From Clostridia bacterium (GTDB taxonomy: Bacteria > Bacillota > Clostridia > TANB77 > CAG-508), in NCBI GenBank assembly GCA_045643465.1, contig JAZUKV010000021.1:89701-153700 (forward strand): a stretch of 64,000 bases of DNA. The letters are read 5' to 3'. How positions within the stretch are numbered: the first letter of the stretch is position 1; each line of letters begins with the position of its first letter. The translations under genes and the position numbers were made by a program. Of the stretch, positions 19,746-30,394 are shown one piece after another. Under the pieces are notes generated by a model. It worked only from the letters and a program-made list of their open reading frames with translations. It searched no databases and was not told where the DNA came from.

Positions 19746-22130
19746 TTAATTATCTATTTTAATTTTTGCATATTTTTTTAGTTTTTCGTAAGCTAAATAA
19801 TTTACACTTCCGGCAGGGAAGTTTCCGTTTAAATCTTTTTTTCCGGCAGGAACACCAGTTAATAATTCAATACCTTCATCAATAGTGCTAATTGCATAAA
19901 TGTGGAATTTTCCATCTTTAACAGCTTGAACAACTTCATCTGATAAATTTAAATTAGGTACATTTTGGATTGGTATCATAACAGAATGTTTTCCGTTAAG
20001 ACCTCTCATTTTACAAATTTGATAGAAACCTTCGATTTTTTCATTAACGCCACCAATTGGTTGAATTTCACCTTTTTGATTTACAGATCCTGTTATAGCA
20101 AATGATTGATTAATTGGAACTCCAGATAAACTAGAAAGTATAGCATAAAGCTCTGTACTAGAAGCACTATCTCCATCAACGCCATTATATAACTGTTCAA
20201 AACATAAACTTGCAGTAAGTGATAATGGAATATCTTGAGCAAATTTTTCACCTAAGTATCCACTTAAAATGTAAACACCTTTTGAGTGGGTAGATCCAGA
20301 TAAATCAACTTCACGCTCTATATTTATAACACCAGTTTTTCCGGTATAAGTGTTAGCAGTTATTTTTACTGGTTTTCCAAATGTATAATCACCAATATTC
20401 ATTACAGTTAAACCATTTATTTGACCTACTTTAAATCCAGTAGTATCAATTAATAAAGTATTTTCTTTTATCATTTCTGTATACATAGAATCATATTTTT
20501 TAATTCTATTTGCTCTTTCTGATAATGCCATATTAATATATTCTGCTGTAACAATTTTTGATTTATTCATTGTAGCCCAAGTTGCTGCTTCACCAATTAT
20601 TTGAGATAAATCATTAAATTTGGTTGATAATTTATTTTGATTATCTGCTAATCGAGAAGAATATTCAATAATTTTAGCTACAGCTCCTGCATCTAAGTGA
20701 GGAAGCTCTTCTTCTTCACAAAAACCATGAATAAATTGTGCGATTTTGTTCATATTTTCTTCAGTGTTATCTGAAGAATCTTCAAATTCAACTTTTATTT
20801 TAAACAATTTTCTAAAATCTTCATCAACAGCCAAAAGGGTTTGATATATTTGTTCACTACCAATAATGATGACTTTTAAATCAAGTGGAATTGGCTCAGG
20901 TTTTAAAGATATCATAACCATTGCAGAGCGTGGGTCTGCTGTATTTTCAATTAATAATTGTTTTTGGCGTAATGATTTTTTTAGTGTTTCATAGCAAATA
21001 CCATTTTCAATAAGGTCATGAGCTTGGAATATTATATATCCACCGTTAGCTTGGTGTAATAATCCAGGTTTTAACATTGTATAATCAGTTTTTAAAGATC
21101 CATAATAATTTTCATATTCTAATTTACCAAATAAATTGTGATAAGAGTAATCTGAGTCCATTATAACTGGAGCACCTTCCTGATTGCTATTATCTATAAA
21201 AAGATTAACCCTATAATTTTGCCATGGTTTCTGAGGCTCTGCTTTTGGCCCAGGTTGCGTTTGAGCATCTTGTTTTGAATCTTCTAGAAAACAGTCGATA
21301 TTTTTTAAAATGTCTTTTTTAATATTTTCTAAAAAGATTCCAATTTTTTTATTTCTTTTAAATTGTGATCTAATATAGTTAATATGTGCATTTATTGTTA
21401 ATAAAGCAACATTTGATTGCCATTCTGATAATTTTTTCTTTGTTTCTCTTTCTATGTCTTTAATTTCACTAATAACTTGTAAAATTTGCTCTTGAACTAT
21501 AGAAGAATTATTTTCAAAGCTTTGTTTTGTTTCGTCATCTAATTTATCAAATTCTTCTTGCTCAATGGCTTTTCCATTAATAATAGGCATCATGTAAATT
21601 CCATTTTGTGCAGATTTAACTTGGAAACCATATTTTTCAGATTTTTTATTTAATTTGTCCATTAAGGCAGTTCTTTTTTCTTCATAAGTTTGTGTAATTA
21701 AAGCTTTTTCTTTTTCAAAATCATCATTATCAAAAGTATTTTTTAAATCAACTCTAATATCTTTTATGAAAGATTCCATATAATCTCTAAATTCTTTACC
21801 TTGACCTGCATGTAATGAAACTGCTATAGGCTCATTAGGATTATCAAAATTATAAATATAGCACCAATCACAAGGAGTTTTTTTCTTTTTTGATAATTTG
21901 TCTAGGTAATGTTTGGTATACATTGTTTTTCCAACACCACTTGGACCTTCTAGATATAAATTATAGCCCTTGATATCAACATTTAATCCAAATTCTAAAG
22001 CTTTGATTCCACGGTCTTGACCAATACCTGTGTGAATACCAGTTAGCTCTTCAGTTGTTTCAAATTTGAAGATTTTAGGGTTACAATTAATTTTTAAATT
22101 TTTATAACTTAATTCATTTTTATTTTTCAT
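19746..22130 (-). CDS. Lon-family ATP-dependent protease (AAA+ N-terminal part, Lon_C Ser-Lys protease domain)
   Basis: Walker A LEGPSGVGKT. C-terminal VDGDSASSTELYAILSSLSG ... GGVNEKIEGF carries the Ser-Lys dyad region. Confidence 0.8.
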   Translation of the reverse strand: MKNKNELSYKNLKINCNPKIFKFETTEELTGIHTGIGQDRGIKALEFGLNVDIKGYNLYLEGPSGVGKTMYTKHYLDKLSKKKKTPCDWCYIYNFDNPNEPIAVSLHAGQGKEFRDYMESFIKDIRVDLKNTFDNDDFEKEKALITQTYEEKRTALMDKLNKKSEKYGFQVKSAQNGIYMMPIINGKAIEQEEFDKLDDETKQSFENNSSIVQEQILQVISEIKDIERETKKKLSEWQSNVALLTINAHINYIRSQFKRNKKIGIFLENIKKDILKNIDCFLEDSKQDAQTQPGPKAEPQKPWQNYRVNLFIDNSNQEGAPVIMDSDYSYHNLFGKLEYENYYGSLKTDYTMLKPGLLHQANGGYIIFQAHDLIENGICYETLKKSLRQKQLLIENTADPRSAMVMISLKPEPIPLDLKVIIIGSEQIYQTLLAVDEDFRKLFKIKVEFEDSSDNTEENMNKIAQFIHGFCEEEELPHLDAGAVAKIIEYSSRLADNQNKLSTKFNDLSQIIGEAATWATMNKSKIVTAEYINMALSERANRIKKYDSMYTEMIKENTLLIDTTGFKVGQINGLTVMNIGDYTFGKPVKITANTYTGKTGVINIEREVDLSGSTHSKGVYILSGYLGEKFAQDIPLSLTASLCFEQLYNGVDGDSASSTELYAILSSLSGVPINQSFAITGSVNQKGEIQPIGGVNEKIEGFYQICKMRGLNGKHSVMIPIQNVPNLNLSDEVVQAVKDGKFHIYAISTIDEGIELLTGVPAGKKDLNGNFPAGSVNYLAYEKLKKYAKIKIDN

Positions 22131-22146
22131 TCGTTCCTCCTTAAAT

Positions 22147-22596
22147 TTATAAATACAAAGTCATTAGTATAGCTGAGTCAGTATTATTGTAATATTTTTT
22201 TCTAATACCTACAGTTTCAAATTTAAATTTTTCATAAAGTTTTATTGCTGGTAAGTTATGTTCATTTACTTCTAATGTTATTGATTTCATATTTTTATTT
22301 TTAGATATTTCAATAAGTTCATTTAAAAGTAGAGAGCCGATACCTAAATTTCGTTTATTTTTTTTAGTTACAATATTCATTATATTGGCTTCATCTATTA
22401 TTGTTAAGATACCTGCAAATCCTATTATTTCTGTATTTTGTTTAGCAACTATATATGTAGTATTTTCATTGGAAAATTCTTTTTCTAATATTGAGTATGT
22501 CCAAAAATCATCAAAATCACAAATTAAATTATTTTTTAATTCAAGTAAATCATTTGATGTCATAATACTAATTTCTATATTATTATTTTTCGCCAT
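22147..22596 (-). CDS. rimI: Ribosomal-protein-alanine N-acetyltransferase RimI (GNAT)
   Basis: GNAT motif RNLGIGSLLL. Conserved position after tsaE-tsaB. Confidence 0.8.
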   Translation of the reverse strand: MAKNNNIEISIMTSNDLLELKNNLICDFDDFWTYSILEKEFSNENTTYIVAKQNTEIIGFAGILTIIDEANIMNIVTKKNKRNLGIGSLLLNELIEISKNKNMKSITLEVNEHNLPAIKLYEKFKFETVGIRKKYYNNTDSAILMTLYL

Positions 22597-23275
22597 CTAA
22601 ATTTCTTTCTGCTTGGGATTTTTTTAAATAAATAGGTAATAATGAATTTGAATCTCCATAAATTTGATTTTTGAATTTATTATATGCAGATTTTCCAATG
22701 CTAATACTTGTTTGTAGATTTTGATTTTCATTTGCAAAAATAGGATTTTTGATTAATAATTTAATTTTATCTAAATATACTGGAACAGCATCTCCAACAA
22801 AGATTAAAGAATCATCATAAACAGAAAGTTCATCCAATATATTGGAAATATTATCAGATTTATATTCTCCAATTTGTGTATATGTAGTTCCATTATTTGA
22901 AAATAATGAATAATAAACATTTTCATTTTTTGCGTCAATTAAACTTACAATTAAACCAGGTTGATCTATATTATAAGCTAAACTTTCTAATGAAGTTATG
23001 CCAACAACAGGAATATTTTTGCTATCAGCAAAAGCTTTTATTGTTGCAATTCCAATTCTAATACCGGTAAAAGATCCTGGACCTTGTCCACAAGCTAATA
23101 AATCAATATTATCTAGTGTTAAATTAGTTTCTTTAAATAATTCTTCTATTAGAGGCATTAAATTTTGTGAATGCGTTTTTTCATTTGTTGAGTGTTTTTC
23201 TAAGATTACAGTATTATCTTCTAAAATAGATACAGAGCATATTTTTGAAGATGTATCAATTGCTAATATTTTCAT
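22583..23275 (-). CDS. tsaB: tRNA t6A biosynthesis protein TsaB
   Basis: MKILAIDTSS and GPGSFTGIRIG motifs. Confidence 0.88.
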   Translation of the reverse strand: MKILAIDTSSKICSVSILEDNTVILEKHSTNEKTHSQNLMPLIEELFKETNLTLDNIDLLACGQGPGSFTGIRIGIATIKAFADSKNIPVVGITSLESLAYNIDQPGLIVSLIDAKNENVYYSLFSNNGTTYTQIGEYKSDNISNILDELSVYDDSLIFVGDAVPVYLDKIKLLIKNPIFANENQNLQTSISIGKSAYNKFKNQIYGDSNSLLPIYLKKSQAERNLDGEK

Positions 23276-23294
23276 GATTAGTCCTTTCTACGTA

Positions 23295-23756
23295 TTATAT
23301 ATTATTAGAAAATAGGTTATTAAACTTATTTCCTACAGTTTGTATTTTTAGTAAACGATAATTTTCATTTTCATTATCTTTTTCAAATGTAATATGAATA
23401 TAATCTTTAGGTAAAGCATCTTGTATAATTTCGCCCCACTCTATTATGCATATGCCATTTTCAAAATATTCTTCACCACCGATTGCATAGAATTCATCAG
23501 AATCAGATAATCTATAAACATCAAAATGATATATGTTAAGATTATTTGGTGCATTATATTCATTTACTATTGTAAAAGTAGGGCTAGAAATTTCTTTTTC
23601 AAGTCCATAATATTCTAGAAAACCTTGTGTAAATTTAGTTTTACCAGATCCAAGTTCTCCAGTTAAAACAATTACATCAGTTTTATTTAATTTTGATGCA
23701 AGATTTTTTGCAAAATTTATTGTGTCTGATTCAGATTTTGATATAAAATTATACAT
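23295..23756 (-). CDS. tsaE: tRNA t6A biosynthesis ATPase TsaE
   Basis: LTGELGSGKT Walker A, SPTFTIVNEY, and HFDVYRL. Confidence 0.88.
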   Translation of the reverse strand: MYNFISKSESDTINFAKNLASKLNKTDVIVLTGELGSGKTKFTQGFLEYYGLEKEISSPTFTIVNEYNAPNNLNIYHFDVYRLSDSDEFYAIGGEEYFENGICIIEWGEIIQDALPKDYIHITFEKDNENENYRLLKIQTVGNKFNNLFSNNI

Positions 23757-23926
23757 AATTCCACCTTATAACTTAAAATTTTCTAAGGATATTTTATATT
23801 AATAATGCTAATTTGTAAATAAAAAACACATAAAATTTAAGGAATAAGTTGTGTGAATATATTATTGATTAATAAGGAACAATATGATAATATTTCAATA
23901 AATTTTGAAAGTGAGGAAAATGTTTT

Positions 23927-24382
23927 ATGATTATGAATTTAGGAATAGAAGAAGCTAGAAAAACAATGAATCAAGATTTAGGAGGTCCATTTGGTGCTGT
24001 TATTGTGAAAAATGACGAAGTTATTTCAATTGCTTCAAATACTGTATTGGGAAGTCATGATCCAACTGCTCATGCAGAGATTAATGCTATTAGAAAAGCA
24101 GCAGAAAAACTTGGAACTCATGATTTAACAGGTTGCATATTATATGCAACAGGATATCCTTGTCCAATGTGTTTATCTGCGATTATGTGGGCTAACATTA
24201 AAGAGATATATTATGGAACTGAGCTAAAAGATGCTGAAAAAATAGGATTTAGAGATGATTTTATTTATAATTTTATTAAGAAAAATAATAATGGTGATGA
24301 ATTGAGTATTAAGAATATAAATAGAGCAGAATGTTTGAAATTATTTGAAGAATATAAAGAAAAAGGGAAAATGATTTATTAG
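23927..24382 (+). CDS. guaD: Guanine deaminase-like CDA-fold zinc deaminase
   Basis: GGPFGAVIVK, DPTAHAE, PCPMCLSAI and GFRDDFIY match the small GuaD-type deaminases as I recall them. Confidence 0.8.
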   Translation: MIMNLGIEEARKTMNQDLGGPFGAVIVKNDEVISIASNTVLGSHDPTAHAEINAIRKAAEKLGTHDLTGCILYATGYPCPMCLSAIMWANIKEIYYGTELKDAEKIGFRDDFIYNFIKKNNNGDELSIKNINRAECLKLFEEYKEKGKMIY

Positions 24383-24409
24383 GATGTGCTATCTGGAGCA
24401 GTAGATAAG

Positions 24410-24438
24410 TTGATAAGTAGACATAAATATGATATAAT
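24410..24438 (+). promoter_or_regulatory. Promoter candidate for the 24509 ORF
   Basis: TTGATA (24410-24415), 17-nt spacer, TGaTATAAT (24433-24438). Confidence 0.45.
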
Positions 24439-24508
24439 TATATTGATGTGGCAGATTGTCACACGTAAAAATTTTTATCCCTGTATTATAGGGAGGAAGG
24501 AGCCTATT

Positions 24509-24709
24509 ATGGTAGACAACAGAGAATTCACAGCGGCAATTAGTTCTTTAGAGCGGAAATTAACTGCAATTTCAAAGGAAAGTGAAAGAACAAGAGGTGA
24601 AGTTCACGAATTAAGAGAAGATTTTAACCACTACATGGAAGAAATCTTGAAACAGCAAAAAGAACAGACAAAGTTGTTAAAAGCAATTGCGGAATCACTT
24701 AAAAAGTGA
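24509..24709 (+). CDS. Small helical hypothetical protein (66 aa), compositionally atypical
   Basis: ATG 24509 follows GGAAGGAG. Visibly higher GC and G/C-ending codons than its neighbours. The ORF-track extension to 24386 lacks an SD. Confidence 0.5.
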   Translation: MVDNREFTAAISSLERKLTAISKESERTRGEVHELREDFNHYMEEILKQQKEQTKLLKAIAESLKK

Positions 24710-24730
24710 GCCAGATGGGCTCCAAAAAGG

Positions 24731-24763
24731 GAACAGATAAAAATCTGCTCTCTTTTCTTTTTT
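24731..24763 (+). terminator. Intrinsic terminator
   Basis: gaacagat-aaaa-atctgctc followed by tcttttctttttt. Confidence 0.55.
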
Positions 24764-24855
24764 ATCAGAATTATAAAATTGCTTGACTTTTTTTATAAAA
24801 AGTATAAAAATAAAGATGAATTTTGAATATATATGATTATAGAAAGGAATGCAAA

Positions 24856-25521
24856 ATGGAAAGTTGTAAAATAAAAAATTTATATAATTTAGAAGAATGT
24901 ATGGCTAAAAAAATATTCGAAGGATGTGAATATCCATGGGAGGTATTACCTAAAATAAAAGATTTTATTTTAGAATTAGGTAAAACATTATCCCTAGATG
25001 AATATGAAAAAATAGGGGAAAATGTGTGGATTGCTAAATCTGCAAAAGTTGCTCCAACAGCATTTATAAATGGTCCAACTATAATAGGGAAAAATGCAGA
25101 AATTAGACATTGTGCATTTATTAGAGGAAATGCAATTGTAGGAGAAAATTCAGTAGTAGGGAATTCTACTGAACTAAAAAATGTTATTTTATTTAACAAT
25201 GTTCAAGTTCCACATTATAACTATGTAGGAGACTCTATACTAGGCTATAAATCTCATATGGGAGCAGGATCAATTACTTCAAATGTTAAATCTGATAAAA
25301 AGTTAGTAGTGGTGAAATATGGAGAAGAGCGTATAGAAACAGGTCTAAAAAAATTTGGAGCAATGATAGGTGATAATGTTGAAGTTGGTTGTGGCTCTAT
25401 TTTAAATCCTGGAAGTGTTATAGGAAGAAATACAAATATTTATCCATTATCATCTGTAAGGGGAGTTATTAAAGAAAATAGTATTTATAAGAAACAAGGG
25501 GAAATTGTAGAAAAAATGTAA
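24856..25521 (+). CDS. Left-handed beta-helix (hexapeptide-repeat) transferase, GlmU C-terminal-like
   Basis: Repeated [LIV]-G-x4 hexapeptides (IGKNAEIRHCAFIRGNAIVGENSVVGNSTELKN...). Confidence 0.7.
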   Translation: MESCKIKNLYNLEECMAKKIFEGCEYPWEVLPKIKDFILELGKTLSLDEYEKIGENVWIAKSAKVAPTAFINGPTIIGKNAEIRHCAFIRGNAIVGENSVVGNSTELKNVILFNNVQVPHYNYVGDSILGYKSHMGAGSITSNVKSDKKLVVVKYGEERIETGLKKFGAMIGDNVEVGCGSILNPGSVIGRNTNIYPLSSVRGVIKENSIYKKQGEIVEKM

Positions 25522-25537
25522 AAAATAAAGCAAGTAC

Positions 25538-25566
25538 TTGATTTTATTTTTTATATTTGATAAAAT
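25538..25566 (+). promoter_or_regulatory. Promoter candidate for the 25598 ORF
   Basis: TTGATT, 17-nt spacer, TGaTAAAAT (extended -10). Confidence 0.4.
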
Positions 25567-25597
25567 TAATGAATCAAATTTTAGGAGGGAAGTCCCC

Positions 25598-25963
25598 ATG
25601 GTAGTAGAAGGTAGTATATTGAACGACATTGACGTTCAAAAAGCTTTAAAAGGCTCAGTCAGTTTAGATGAAAAAATGGTAAAATGTGGTGAAATATTCC
25701 GGAAAAAATGCTATGAAGAGTCAAACCAACTGATTGAATACGTGTATTTGTCACCAGGTAGTGAAACTGAACAATATATAAGTGCTCAGTACTCAGAGCA
25801 AATATACGATATCAATAAGTTTGCTGATCTGAAACTTTCAGAGCTAATTGAAAAAATTAAGCAGAAGGCCTGCCCGTGCGAAGTTATTTTTAAGGGCAAA
25901 TTAAGCAGCATAAAAAACAAAAGTTCTAATTGCTGGGGAGTAGTCCTCAGAATTAGATACTAA
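25598..25963 (+). CDS. Hypothetical protein (121 aa), compositionally atypical
   Basis: ATG 25598 follows AGGAGGGAAG. Contains GC-rich patches (gaaggcctgcccgtgcgaag). No recognisable family. Confidence 0.5.
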   Translation: MVVEGSILNDIDVQKALKGSVSLDEKMVKCGEIFRKKCYEESNQLIEYVYLSPGSETEQYISAQYSEQIYDINKFADLKLSELIEKIKQKACPCEVIFKGKLSSIKNKSSNCWGVVLRIRY

Positions 25964-25974
25964 AATTAATTTGT

Positions 25975-26013
25975 AAAAAAACACATATAACATTATGTTA
26001 TGTGTGTTTTTTT
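25975..26013 (+). terminator. Intrinsic terminator
   Basis: aaacacatataac-attat-gttatgtgtgttt followed by a T-run. Confidence 0.7.
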
Positions 26014-26075
26014 ATATCATAAATATAAAATAATTAAATATAATGTTATGAGTTAAAAATTAAGGAGGTACAAGT

Positions 26076-26357
26076 ATGATTAAACCAATACTAGATAGAG
26101 TTTTAGTTAAATTAATTAATTGTGAAAATAAAACCAAAAGTGGAATTATTCTTAATAATGCAGACAAGAGCAAAACACAAATTGCAGAAGTATTAGAAGT
26201 TGGAACAGGTGATTATATAGATGGAAAGAAAAATGAAATGTATGTAAAAAAAGGGGATAAAGTTTTATTAAATAAATATTCTGGTATAGATGTAAAATTT
26301 GAAGAAGAAGATTTTATTATTATAAAGCAAAGTGAGATTTTAGCTATAGTTGAATAG
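26076..26357 (+). CDS. groES: Co-chaperonin GroES
   Basis: IKPILDRVLVK start, 93 aa, immediately upstream of groEL. Confidence 0.95.
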   Translation: MIKPILDRVLVKLINCENKTKSGIILNNADKSKTQIAEVLEVGTGDYIDGKKNEMYVKKGDKVLLNKYSGIDVKFEEEDFIIIKQSEILAIVE

Positions 26358-26364
26358 CAAATAA

Positions 26365-28002
<1,638 letters not shown>

Positions 28003-28020
28003 TATTTGTTAAACGAATTT

Positions 28021-28058
28021 AAAAAACAGCTATAAATAGGTTTATAGTTGTTTTTTTA
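28021..28058 (+). terminator. Intrinsic terminator after groEL
   Basis: aacagctataaa-tagg-tttatagttgtt followed by a T-run. Confidence 0.7.
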
Positions 28059-28132
28059 TTTTTTATTCACAATATAGACATATTCCGACTTTATAATGTA
28101 TAATAACGTAAGTGAAAGAAGGTAGTGGAATT

Positions 28133-28813
28133 ATGGCTGATATTAATATTTTAATAGTTGATGATGAATCAAGAATGAGAAAATTAATAAAAGATTTTTT
28201 AAAAGTAAAAGGATATGAAATACTAGAAGCGGCTGATGGAGAAGAAGCTTTAGAAATATTCGAAAAACATGGAAATAAATTAAATTTAATTTTATTAGAT
28301 GTAATGATGCCAAAGTTAGATGGTTGGTCAGTTTTGAGACAAATCAGACAAACTTCAAGTGTACCAATAATAATGCTTACGGCAAGAGGAGAAGAGCAGG
28401 ATGAATTATTTGGTTTTGAATTAGGTGTTGATGAATACATATCAAAGCCATTTAGTCCTAAAATATTAGTAGCAAGAATTGAAGCTATTTTAAAAAGAAC
28501 AATTATACCAGAAAAAGAAGTAAAAAATTTAGGTGGTATTGTAATAGATTCAGATGGTAGAACTGTTGAGGTAGATTCTAAGAAGATAGATTTAAGTTTG
28601 CGTGAATATGAATTATTAAAATATTTAATAGACAATAATGGAATTGCATTATCAAGAGATAAAATATTAAATAATGTTTGGAACTATGACTATTATGGAG
28701 ATTCTAGAACAATAGATAGCCATATAAAGAAAATTAGACATAAATTAGGAAAAAAAGGAAAGTATATTCATACAATGAGAGGAGTTGGATATAAGTTTGA
28801 AGTTGATGAATAA
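28133..28813 (+). CDS. OmpR-family response regulator
   Basis: Receiver domain (ILIVDDE, LLDVMMPKLDG, SKPF) and winged-helix domain (REYELLKYL, RTIDSHIKKIR, GVGYKF). Confidence 0.9.
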   Translation: MADINILIVDDESRMRKLIKDFLKVKGYEILEAADGEEALEIFEKHGNKLNLILLDVMMPKLDGWSVLRQIRQTSSVPIIMLTARGEEQDELFGFELGVDEYISKPFSPKILVARIEAILKRTIIPEKEVKNLGGIVIDSDGRTVEVDSKKIDLSLREYELLKYLIDNNGIALSRDKILNNVWNYDYYGDSRTIDSHIKKIRHKLGKKGKYIHTMRGVGYKFEVDE

Positions 28814-30323
28814 TTCTAACTTGAAAGTTCAAAAGATAAAATCAGTAAGAGTTAAATTATTTTTATCACTATGTGTTACTATAATTGTGACTATTTTCTT
28901 TTTAATAATTATTAATAGTATTGTTTTAGAAAATTTTTATATTTATAACAAAAAAGAAGAAGTAAAAGAAATCTATGAACAATTGAATTCAAAGTATAAC
29001 GAGAAATTGCAAAGTGAAGAAATTGAAGTTTATATAAAAGAGGAAAGCTCAAAAAACAATTTAGATATATTGATTAAAGATATTGAAAAAAATGATTTAA
29101 TTATAAATAATAAGACAAAGCTAGAGTCAATGGAAAAAATGAAGTCAATAATAGATTTTAATGATAATAGCAAATGGGGTGATACATTATATCAATCTGA
29201 TAATGCGATAATAAGGATAGTTAAAGAAAATTCAACTCAGATAAATTATATTGTAATGATGGCTAAATTAGATAATGGAAACGAATTATATATAAGAACT
29301 CCTGTATCAGCGATAAAAGATAGCCTAAAAGTAAGTAATCAAGTTTTAATATTAGTTGGTTTAATTTCAATATTAATTTCAGCAATTATTGCATCAATAG
29401 TTTCTAGACGTTTTTCTGAGCCTATATTAGAGCTAAATAGTATTGCAAAAAAAATGTTAAAATTAGATTTTTCACAGAAATATATGCCAAATGGATCAGA
29501 TGACGAGTTAGATGAGCTTGGAAATAGTATAAATTTGATGTCTGATAAATTAGAGCATACAATAAATGAGCTTAGAGAAAACAATGATGAACTAGAGCGA
29601 GATATAAAAGAAAAATCAAAAATAGATGAAATGAGAACACAATTTATTTCAGATGTATCTCATGAATTAAAAACACCAATAGCATTAATCCAAGGATATG
29701 CAGAAGGGCTTATTGAAAATGTAAATACAGATGAAGAATCAAGAAAATTTTATTCAGAAGTTATATTAGATGAAGCAAATAAAATGGACAAATTAGTAAA
29801 ACAATTATTAGATTTATTAAGATTGGAATATGGCAAAAGAGAATTTAATAATAAAGTTTTTGATATTGTTGCTTTAATTAAAGAAGTTTTAAGAAATTGT
29901 GATGTTATGATAAAAGAGCAAAACATAAAATTAGAATTTGAATGTAACGAAATAAATGAAGTATTTGCAGATGATTTTTATATAGAGCAAGTAGTTACAA
30001 ATTATATAACTAATGCAATAAAATATTCAGAAGAAATAAATGGAAAAAGATTGATAAAAATAAATGTTATTCCAAAAGATGACGGATTTATTAGAGTTTC
30101 TGTTTACAATACTTGTAAGCATTTATCAGAGCAAGATATGAAGTCAATATGGGGAAGATTTTATAAGATAGATACTTCAAGAAATAGAGAAAATGGAGGA
30201 ACTGGAATAGGTTTAGCTCTAGTAAAAGCTGTTATGAATAATTATCAAAATAGATATGGAGTTCAAAATAGTGAAGATGGTGTAGAATTTTATTTTGAGT
30301 TAGAGAAAAAACAATTGACATAA
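28806..30323 (+). CDS. Sensor histidine kinase (2 TM, HAMP, HisKA, HATPase_c)
   Basis: H-box FISDVSHELKTP and N/G boxes (NAIKYS, GGTGIGLALV). The start overlaps the regulator stop (ATGA). Confidence 0.88.
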   Translation: MNNSNLKVQKIKSVRVKLFLSLCVTIIVTIFFLIIINSIVLENFYIYNKKEEVKEIYEQLNSKYNEKLQSEEIEVYIKEESSKNNLDILIKDIEKNDLIINNKTKLESMEKMKSIIDFNDNSKWGDTLYQSDNAIIRIVKENSTQINYIVMMAKLDNGNELYIRTPVSAIKDSLKVSNQVLILVGLISILISAIIASIVSRRFSEPILELNSIAKKMLKLDFSQKYMPNGSDDELDELGNSINLMSDKLEHTINELRENNDELERDIKEKSKIDEMRTQFISDVSHELKTPIALIQGYAEGLIENVNTDEESRKFYSEVILDEANKMDKLVKQLLDLLRLEYGKREFNNKVFDIVALIKEVLRNCDVMIKEQNIKLEFECNEINEVFADDFYIEQVVTNYITNAIKYSEEINGKRLIKINVIPKDDGFIRVSVYNTCKHLSEQDMKSIWGRFYKIDTSRNRENGGTGIGLALVKAVMNNYQNRYGVQNSEDGVEFYFELEKKQLT

Positions 30324-30394
30324 GAATAGCAAAAATATATAATTTAAGCGTGAAAACTTATAATTTTCACAAATTCTGTGAGAGGAAATAACGT

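Noticed and set aside
19746-22130. Lon-like protease as a possible defence-system component (BrxL-like)
   Set aside because: It stands alone next to housekeeping genes (tsaEB-rimI and an oxidoreductase), with no methyltransferase, PglZ, nuclease or other defence-island partners. It is most simply a housekeeping or sporulation-type Lon paralogue.
28063-28635. 190-aa minus-strand ORF overlapping the response-regulator gene, plus similar shadows elsewhere
   Set aside because: It is a shadow ORF opposite a clearly identified gene. The same applies to the shadows at 31959-32303, 33320-33556, 22385-23315, 24837-25199, 52890-53264 and 58640-58969. They show no SD motifs and only hydrophobic or low-complexity translations.
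30340-30372. Short hairpin gtgaaaa-cttataa-ttttcac after the histidine kinase gene
   Set aside because: The stem is only 7 bp and no T-run follows. This is too weak to call as a terminator.
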